From positions 1 through 45,964 of the forward strand of contig NW_014569498.1 of NCBI RefSeq assembly GCF_000743755.1: a stretch of DNA of 45,964 bases, in the 5' to 3' direction. The notes under the pieces were generated by a model. That model was not told the DNA's origin. It did no database searches and saw nothing but the letters and a program-made list of their open reading frames with translations. Shown in pieces: positions 38,325-45,964 of the stretch; position 1 is the first letter of the stretch, and each line of letters begins with the position of its first letter. The stretch is from Blastocystis sp. subtype 4 (Eukaryota). The position numbers were made by a program, and so were the translations under genes.

Positions 38325-39221
38325 ATGGCATCGTTGGCTCGTATTATACTGAGAATAACAAGTAGAAGTGACTTCATCCTTTTGGCTGTGGCATTTATTG
38401 GATTGGGAATTCTAACGAAAGTGTTTTTATGGTTTATAGATAAGCAAATGGGAACACCTGTAGATGTGGATGTTGGCATCTTATTCTAGAAAACTGTTGC
38501 TCCACCAAATACGGAAGAAGTGGATGCAATTAATGAAGAAATCAACACAATTATGCAGTTAGACCTTGATTTGATGATGAATGTAGACAACAAGAAGGAG
38601 GCGCAGCCAACAAAGACACAAAGAAGGCCTTGGCAAAGGCATTGAAAAAGAAAGAGAAGGCTGAAAAGAAAGCACAAGAGAATTATCAACGCGAAGTGCG
38701 AAAAGCACGCGAAGAGCAGCGAATGGAGGAAGAGCGTAAGCGAGACGAAGAACGGGCAAAGAAGCGACAGGAAGAGGAGGAAAAGGCTCGTGTACTAGAA
38801 GAGGAGCGACTTCGACAAGAAGAAGAAGAGTACAAGAAGTGGGAACAGTTTATTACAGTGGAAGATGAGGGAATTGGAGCAAAAGAAGACATATTCGAGA
38901 ATCCACAGCGTCTGGATAACTTTATTCAATATCTCACATCTCATAAGGTATGTGTCATTGATGACGTAGCTGCTGAATTTGGCCTGACAAGTGAAGTGAT
39001 CCAGAGTGTGGAGTATGATAAATAGAAAGTGTTAGAGACTGTGTCACGATTGGAAGAAGAGAATCGTCTCACTGTGATCGTGGATGATCGAGGGAAACTA
39101 ATCGTAATCACAGAGGAAGAGTTGCAAAGTGTAACAGATCTTATCAAAAAGAATGGACGGATATCCCTGAATAAGTTAACAAAGTTGTGTGGTTTTATAC
39201 GAATGCAAGGAAGTGAAGAGT
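38325..39221 (+). CDS. DDRGK1: DDRGK domain-containing protein 1 (UFBP1); stop created by polyadenylation
   Basis: N-terminal TM, charged coiled coil, EEYKKW...FITVEDEG, FIQYL...KVCVIDDVAAEFGL and VDDRGK. Ends ...QGSEE + T(39221)-TGTA-TGTTTGTT. Confidence 0.93.
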
Positions 39222-39293
39222 TGTATGTTTGTTCATGATAGTCACTACGAGATGTATTTATGTTGGTTCTAACAGACACCCATCACTTCACAA

Positions 39294-40185
39294 CTATAAA
39301 CCTATTACCACAGCAGTTATGTTATCACGCGAATCTCTTTTCACTGCTTCTTCTACAATTCGTTGAGCACTGTATTCTCGTTGATTCTACTTCGTACTCT
39401 CACACAAAATCCTACATTCTGAATACACTCTCGAACAATAGCACACACTTCCTCATCTGAAAGAACATCAAAAACTCCATCACACCCCATGATCATAAAT
39501 TCACATTCAGATGTGATAGAGAAAGAGGAAAGAAACGGATCTGCAATCACGAACTCTTTGATTGAGTGATCGCCAAAACTCCGTGTTACTGCTAATAGAC
39601 CCATTACACGTTTATTAAGTACCATACCACCAGATGATTGGATCCGCAAAATTTCGTCTCGGTCCTCTGCTTTATGATCCTACGATTGATATCCTTCTTT
39701 TGTCGTACATAGGACAAACGAGTTACACTATCTCGTTTGGATAGAATAATACGACTATCACCAATATTTGCCGTAACCACAGTCTTCTCCTTGGAATTCG
39801 GATCCCTTACGATCAGAATTGATGCACAAGTGCATCCACTTGCCATAAGCTTCTGCATTCGACACTCTACATCGGTGTAGAGAAAAGCGAATCGCATCAC
39901 CTGCTCAAACGACATTATTTCCTCTTGATGAAGTCCTAAATGGACATTATCCGCTAGTTTTGACGCAACAAAGGATGCCGTTGCACAACCTACACATTAA
40001 CTCTTCAAATACCTTTTCAAACCCCCATGACCATCCATTAAGGCTGCAAAGAAGATGTTTGGATTGTTTTTTAGTGCTGGCTCAATAACTATAGTATCTT
40101 CCATAGATGGTCGATATGAAGGGTTCATATACTCATATTCACTAAGAAATGAGACAATTGAGTCCGAGTCTGTGAATTGGCTCAT
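39294..40185 (-). CDS. Protein phosphatase 2C (PPM family)
   Basis: RPSMED, DGHGG, SGCT, ANIGDSR, LAVTRSFGD, GCDGVFD and SRDNIT motifs. Confidence 0.95.
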
Positions 40186-40250
40186 TTCGAGTACATGTTA
40201 CTGATCTTCCAACTTCTTCAACAAACAGCCCATGAATAAAAGAACTCTCA

Positions 40251-41097
40251 CTACGAAGAAATGACGCCACAATCCTTGATAAAGACAGGATCAAGTGGGA
40301 CTCCCTTGTAGCAATACAAATTCGATAAACTCACCACATTTTCCATACCTTTCACCACATGACCCACAACGACATTTCGACCATCTACGCTCAAAACACC
40401 ACAGAATAAGTACTAAGGTGCGGAAGGGGTTTTAGAGAAATTGCAAAGAGAGAATTATTTGTATGAGAACCTGCATTGAGCATAGTCACGACGCCAGGAA
40501 TGTCATGCATATTTGTGAAGGAGCATATAATGAGAATAGTTAAGGATATTGAGCGATAAAGTTCTCGTCATCAAAGTATCTGGTTCCAAAAGATGAGTAT
40601 CCACCCAATCTCTTCTCTATTAATGATATTCCTATAGATTTCAGACCTCCCTTAACAGCCCCTGAACAAACGAACTCTTCTTTGCGGATATCAAAGAAAC
40701 TGCAGTCCTTATACCCTAAACCATTTGTTCCCTTAACGAGATTCACAAAGTTCTCGGCTGTTTTGGGAACAATGTCATCCTACACTATTACAGGAAATAG
40801 TGTATAGATACAAGCAATTCAATTTCGATTCGTTGTGTCTCCTTATTTTCACTCCCGATATCAAAGTAAACTCGTGTTCTCTTCTTCTGTTCTGTAAGTC
40901 AGTAATGCATCCATATATCCTCACCTTTATTATCCCAAAGAGCACTTGGTTTCTTTTGAATCTTCTGACGTTCTTTCGCACGATAATACCAGTCCCATGA
41001 ATGACTTCCACGAAGAGGGATACTTGACACCAGAATGCGGCGCTATGTAATGAATAACAAGAATAGATCCCACTCCAGTCGAAATGAATGGTTGCAT
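40251..41097 (-). CDS. Divergent cyclophilin-fold protein with an Arg-rich presequence-like N-terminus
   Basis: RVYFDI, IVPKTAENF, GLGYKDCSF, FDDENF, PGVVTMLNAGSHTN, LDGRNVVVGHVVKGM and IKDCG. Confidence 0.85.
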
Positions 41098-41132
41098 GGA
41101 AAAATGTAAGATGATTAAAACCAACAAACAAA

Positions 41133-42986
41133 TTACACAGCAACAGAAGGGGATTGAGATGCCTGTTCAGGCGTAACTTCAACCTTTTCTTCCATAGAAT
41201 CATTACTTTGTTCCTTTGCCTTCAAGTTCACCAATTCAATACTCTGAGCTTCCAATCTGTCATGTTCTAACTGGACATATTCTCGAAGTGTTGTCTTTCG
41301 ATGATTAATACTTTCAGGAAGAACACATGTTAGACAGGTACAAATGATCATTCCAATTCCCAACAACTATCATTTACTTCCTTATCGCAATTCTACGTAA
41401 AAAGAACACCCGTAATCAAGGGGGAATCCAAAATTAATCTTATATGACCAGGAAAAGACACTTGTTGCCACAGTTGGACCCTACATTTTAATCTTGCTTT
41501 CAGCCTCTTACAATAAATCGACCAAATGCAGACATGACTTGACCTAGACCATTAACTTTAGCTCTGAAGTCTTGATATGTACTGTTGGTAATGAATACCA
41601 TTCCATTCGTGAGGTGAAGGAATCCACAATCTAGTCCATGTAATAAGGATATGTAACGAACATAAATCTAAAACACTGTGCAAAACCAAAGCTAAGAAGA
41701 ATGGCGATCCATTGGACCTAACTCAAATACTCTTATTATCTCCTACAGGAACAGGACTTCGATTAAATAAGGCTGCAATAGGAGATAAGAACAAGAAGAA
41801 AGAGAAAAGACATCCAGTGAGATATGAGACTTGTTTGTTAGTAAGTAATCTTGATACTAAAGGATAAAGTAACGGAGTAGAGATGATTTGATTAGGAGAG
41901 AGGCCGGTATACATCCAACCAAGATCTGAAGAGGTAAATGAGAAACCATGATTCTCAGGAGTATTGATTAACCATACAGGATAGATAGCATCCTCACCTC
42001 CTTGGATTATAGCATAGAATCCATACATAATCGTACTCCATATAACATCATGTTTCTGAATCAGATTCAAGTAGCCACCTTCATTGATTTGGATAATATA
42101 GCGATCATCAATGCTAGGAACATAATCAGGATTCGCTTTCATCTTCGCTTTGAGTTCGAGATACTTCTTATGAGACTTCTTTCGTTCTTCTGCATTTGCT
42201 TTGATCATATCCCGAGTAAGACTCTCCTTTAATGCAAATACCACCATGATGAGAATGAAAACTGATAAAATGCTTCCAGTCAAACATGGGAGAAATAGAG
42301 GATACTAGATGAAAGAAGGAATACAAATGTACATTTCGAATCCAAGGATAACTTCGAACTAATGAAGGGAAATAGGTTTCTGCATCTCCAAGGAAACCTC
42401 CAAGACTAGGACCAACAACACTACAGTTGATTGTTCAACTATGTGTGTACTTGGAAATGCCACCCATTGTCACAAGGATGCTAAAACCAAGTGATTGTTT
42501 ATCTTCAGAACACATTTCACTGACATAGGTTTTGAGAACTCCGAGATTTCCATTTGTAAAGCCCCAAAGAGTTCGAATAATCAATGCAAGATAGTAATTA
42601 GGAGCTAATCCGAAACAAATAGAAAGAACCATCTGACCTAGCTATCAGATATGAATCACACGATTACAAGAAAGACAAGTGATGATCGATGTTTTCCTTC
42701 CAAAACTATCAGCAAACCATCCCCAGAACAATGCACCAAAGATTCCACCTAAGGAATATGCAGAAACAATGTATCCATAATAGAATCCTACATCTGTATC
42801 ATTAATCTATGTATAAATGTATGAAACAGAGTAGACTCCTGGAAACCATTTCTTCACCGCAAAGGGGAGGTTGGGAACAATAATCTGAAGACAAAAGGAA
42901 TCCATGAACGAGGCTAGGGCAACTGCACTCATTGCCACCTTCGGAAAGACACCCACTTTACCGGTTATCGGCAATTCCTTCTTCAT
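41133..42986 (-). CDS. Major facilitator superfamily transporter (ZIFL/TetA-like)
   Basis: WGWFADSFGRK (motif A), RTLWGFTNGNLGVLKTYVSE, GPSLGGFL and YPLFLPC; many TM segments; many introns. Confidence 0.9.
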
Positions 42987-43120
42987 CAAGAATAGTTTGA
43001 CTAACCCCGTAGTTCTCACCGCGGGAATCGACACTCAATTGTTAGCACAAGTTTATTAAATATGGTTCTTTTAGGTTCTTTATCAAGGCAACACTTATAG
43101 CACAAGAAACAACAAAACAA

Positions 43121-44118
43121 TTATTCCCACATGTAGGTTGTACTTTGAAGCGCCTTTCCTAGGGTTGAACAGTCTCCATGACCTGGAAGAAGTGCTGCAG
43201 ATGCAGGATACTTCTAAATATGGAAGGAACACAATTCCCATACCCTCAGATTCTTTATAGATCCACTTAGAACTTTTGCTGACCCTGTCCCCTCCAAAAT
43301 GTGAATTCCAGACCAACTACAATAAGAACGAGCAAATGACAATCACTCGGTTCGCCCTACACTGTTGGAAAATAAGACATCTCCTGAGATAACCAAGTCC
43401 TGTTCACCCTTTCGCTTGATATAGTATACGATACTTCCTTGACTATGACCAGGAGAAGAAATGCATCTAAAGTTCAATGATTCTCTCAAAAATCCACTCA
43501 ATAGTAGTATCCCCAAATGTAAATACCTCTCCTCCTTTGATCAGTACATCTGGTTCAGGCAGAGGATCAAGTCTGTAAGGAACACCGAAGTCTTCGATTT
43601 GTTGATTCATTCCATGCCTAGATAAAACAGGGAAATCAATCCACACCATATAGATAAGTCCTTTTCGCCAAGATAGAGTTTCATAGGACCAGGAAGTTTC
43701 TGTTTATAATCATTTGTTGCCATAATATGATCGACATGACCGTGAGTGAAGAATAATGCTTCTACAGATGTAATTCCATTCTTGTTGAGATAATCGACAA
43801 TCTTGTCTACGTTTCCGGGAGCATCTATAGTAGTTCATACATACAATAATATCTACCAAAGATAATTGCTGTTTTCAGAACGAGATCCACCAAGATAAAT
43901 GTATTCGTTGAGAAAATACTATATCATGATTACCAATACTTTCTACCATACTTGGCAATATATCCTGTAAGAGCAAATCGACACGACATCTTTCCGTCTT
44001 CGGAAGTGATAAAGAAGTCGGTTCTACCGTGATGATAAGACCAAAATAAAGTTGGTTTTTGGCAATCACTCCAAAAATTGATTCGATAATTGTCAAATCC
44101 ACGGTGGAATCTGGACAT
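43121..44118 (-). CDS. Metallo-beta-lactamase-fold hydrolase (GloC/YcbL, glyoxalase II-like)
   Basis: THGHVDH, SPGHSQGS, SGDVLFSNSVGRTD and LPGHG after removing ~30-nt introns; start position less certain. Confidence 0.88.
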
Positions 44119-44214
44119 TGAAACGACTATAGGATCTTCATTTCTTTCTTAGTTCAAGGTAAGGATTAGGGTGTGGAGTCATCTATAGACAGGAAAATGT
44201 GTTGTTACAAATGT

Positions 44215-44412
44215 TGAACTAAACAATGACCACTTTGGAACAAACGAACTGAATGGTGTATTTGTAACTCTGTGTCAACAAACAAGTTGTGTATGACTAA
44301 ACAACCGTTTGCATGATCAAACAATCCGTTTTATGTAATTGATCAACTGTTCTGTCTGACTAAACAATTGGTTCTATCAGAACCTACAATATCAACAAAC
44401 GTGTGGAAACAA
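44215..44412 (-). repeat. Cluster of about 8 degenerate AAACAA/AACAAAC motifs (TGTTTGTT/TTGTTTAG-like on the minus strand)
   Basis: tgaactaaacaat, ggaacaaacg, tcaacaaacaag, tgactaaacaac, tgatcaaacaat, tgactaaacaat, tcaacaaacg and ggaaacaacc within about 200 nt. Confidence 0.6.
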
Positions 44413-44618
44413 CCTCTTCAGAATCAAATTATTCAAGTACAATCAAGAATCAACTATAGTGCTTCAAAGGTCTTCAGGATTCTCCAGTGAAACTTACGGG
44501 CTTCAGTTCAAGGATTTGCAGATTCAGAAACAGCTACTTCGAGGTTCTTCAGGGTCGATTCAAACTGAGCAATCAATCATGCAGGTGTAGACCAATCGTG
44601 TTGCTATGTTACTTCGAA

Positions 44619-45156
44619 ATGGACCGTCTGTGTATGCAATATTCTTTTCCTCACGCGCTGTGGCGCTTCTAGTGATGTACCACAATAGTAATGGTCGTCG
44701 TTCTCGCTTACAAATTGAATGGACCAATTGTGTATGCCATATTCTTCACCTTACGCGCTTCGGCGCTTCATAGTGATATGTTCGAGTTGGGTACAGCTGT
44801 CTGCATGGAGCAACGATTTTCCATACAATACGAATGCAAGGACACGCTTCAAGGAATAAACGAGACAAGAACCATGGAAACAAATGATAAACGAATGGAC
44901 CTGCTGCGTATGCGATATTCTTTCCTTCACGCGCTGCGGCGCTTTCTAGTGAGATTCGCGAATATACTCCGCTTTGGCCTACCACAGGAACGACTTCAAA
45001 ACCGATTTATTCAGCTTTGGATTACTACACGAATCAGATCCCCAAACAGATGGGGCACGATCGATCAGGGTTTCAAATGAAACATTCGTCGAATACCATT
45101 GGACCTGCTGTGTATGCGATATTCTTTCATTCACGCGCTACGGCGCTTTCTAGTGA
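44619..45156 (+). repeat. Four dispersed copies of a conserved 57-58 nt element (44619-44675, 44719-44776, 44895-44952, 45099-45156)
   Basis: Consensus WTGGACC-NNY-TGYGTATGC-N-ATATTCTT-N4-TYAC-GCGC-TNYG-GCGC-TT(Y)MTAGTGA, with unrelated spacers of 43, 118 and 146 nt. Confidence 0.92.
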
Positions 45157-45285
45157 TTCCATCACTTTCTCCGTTTCTTTGTTACGAATTGTGCTTGTCG
45201 AATGAACTATGGAAGTTGACTTTAGTGGCAATTTGGTTTTCTTCAAGTAGAATTTGGTTTGAGATATAGGCGTCATTGGATGCTT

Positions 45286-45410
45286 TGGGCACTCGCGCGA
45301 GAGTTTTTGGGATGTATGATGATTGTCGATTCATCTTTTGTGATGAGAATGACGTAAACCTGAATCATCCCTTTTCTCTTTATAAAAGGAGGTAAGTATA
45401 CGAGTGCCCA
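45286..45410. other. Long imperfect fold-back (candidate structured RNA domain)
   Basis: TGGGCACTCG 45286-45295 pairs perfectly with CGAGTGCCCA 45401-45410. Nested GGGATG 45309-45314 / CATCCC 45366-45371 and an inner TCATC/GATGA stem. Confidence 0.6.
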
Positions 45411-45448
45411 CAACTCAGGTAGGTATAGGAAAGTATTATTTAGTAATT

Positions 45449-45456
45449 TGTTTGTT
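45449..45456 (+). terminator. TGTTTGTT poly(A) element with no recognisable upstream CDS
   Basis: Perfect motif; predicted cleavage after T45444; lies 57 nt before the next ATG. Confidence 0.55.
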
Positions 45457-45513
45457 GCACAAATCTGGCTTATTTTGGTTCAATGTAACTTCCTTACATT
45501 TTCTCCCTTTGTG

Positions 45514-45964
45514 ATGTTCTCAAGAGTTGCTTCTTCTTGTAGTACTCACTTTGGAAAGTGCTTCTCCAAGTTTTCTCAATCTGCCAACAGATTGAGTCAT
45601 TTCGTCAACCAATCGTCTCGATCCTATTCTACAGGTTCTGCAGCATGTAGGTTGATTGATACATCCAATTATCCATTAGTTTCTCCTTTCCAACTGGGTT
45701 TCGCTGTTGCGGCGGGTCTTGGATGCGGTGCTGCTCTTCTGTATGGGAATCGTCTGTTTGCTGTTGAGGTAACCACTTGGAGATGGAGGTTGATGCACAG
45801 GATAAGGAACCCTTGAATATTTCTTGCTCGGATCCTCACTGTCCTTGCCAGTAGGATTATTCTGCGTGTCTCATTGAATAGTGATGCAAGTCTGCATCCT
45901 TGTACTCTTGAACACCATTTCGTTCCTGGTTGTCATGAACTGAAGATTGTTTCGGGAAACAGTA
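45514..45964 (+). CDS. 5' part of a presequence-bearing protein, possibly ribose-phosphate pyrophosphokinase (PRPP synthetase); truncated by window end
   Basis: MFSRVASS...SSRSYST presequence, hydrophobic GFAVAAGLGCGAALL, Cys/His-rich linker, then ELKIVSGNS resembling the PRPS first strand (KIFSGNS). Confidence 0.5.

Noticed and set aside
365..44102. Fragmented ORFs read as pseudogenes, frameshifts or an alternative genetic code
   Set aside because: In the genes I reconstructed, the breaks are explained by 28-36 nt GT-AG introns, and the standard code gives intact conserved motifs.
44719..44952. Minus-strand CCGAAGC/CCGCAGC loops resembling IRE1 (HAC1/XBP1) cleavage sites; also known riboswitches and ribozymes
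   Set aside because: The stem would close a 4- or 6-nt loop rather than the required 7-nt loop, and copy 1 breaks CNG. Core motifs of TPP, hammerhead and HDV RNAs are absent.
44619..45156. The four repeats as a CRISPR array
   Set aside because: The repeats are long (57-58 nt) and degenerate, the spacers are very unequal (43, 118, 146 nt), there are no cas genes, and the context is eukaryotic.
44487..45205. ORFs 44487-44672, 44691-45080 and 45017-45205 as a repeated peptide (GPxVYAIFF or MDxLCMxYS...ALRRF)
   Set aside because: Copies fall in different frames, variable sites are not concentrated at third positions, copy 1 has a 1-nt deletion, and copy 3 has a stop just upstream in the GP frame. 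A micropeptide is not fully excluded.
45390..45399. ATACTTACCT on the minus strand as the 5' end of U1 snRNA
   Set aside because: No U1-70K loop, U1A loop or properly placed Sm site follows; it is more simply a consensus donor site on the + strand.
1..45964. tRNA, rRNA, transposase or telomeric repeats
   Set aside because: None recognised by eye; the isolated TTAGGG near 44166 is not in an array. tRNAscan-SE and Infernal would be needed to exclude small RNAs.

Overview
Gene-dense, AT-rich nuclear DNA from a eukaryotic microbe, most consistent with the gut stramenopile Blastocystis (inferred, not database-confirmed). The evidence is very short GT-AG introns (about 28-36 nt), intergenic gaps often under 100 nt, several proteins with mitochondrial-type presequences, and a TGTTTGTT-like element just after most gene ends. 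I reconstructed about 33 protein genes by eye across introns, so the unspliced ORF track is fragmentary and often misleading. At least 8 genes have no genomic stop at the expected end. Each has an in-frame T or TA ending exactly 4 nt before a TGTTTGTT-type element, so poly(A) addition would create UAA; this mechanism is already described for Blastocystis. The least explained part is the ~1.4 kb stretch with no credible CDS (44119-45513). It holds an array of minus-strand poly(A)-like motifs, four copies of a conserved 57-58 nt element (GCGC-UNCG-GCGC hairpin inside an intron-like GT...AG unit), a ~125 nt fold-back overlapping splice-site-like sequences, and a plus-strand poly(A) element. Together these make a candidate uncharacterised structured non-coding or regulatory RNA locus. 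Other notable genes: a 1,660-aa three-module surface protein, a secreted trefoil + DUF5054 glycosidase, ATP23, a compact RNase HII with a presequence, a degenerate cyclophilin, and a TCF25/DDRGK1 head-to-head pair.
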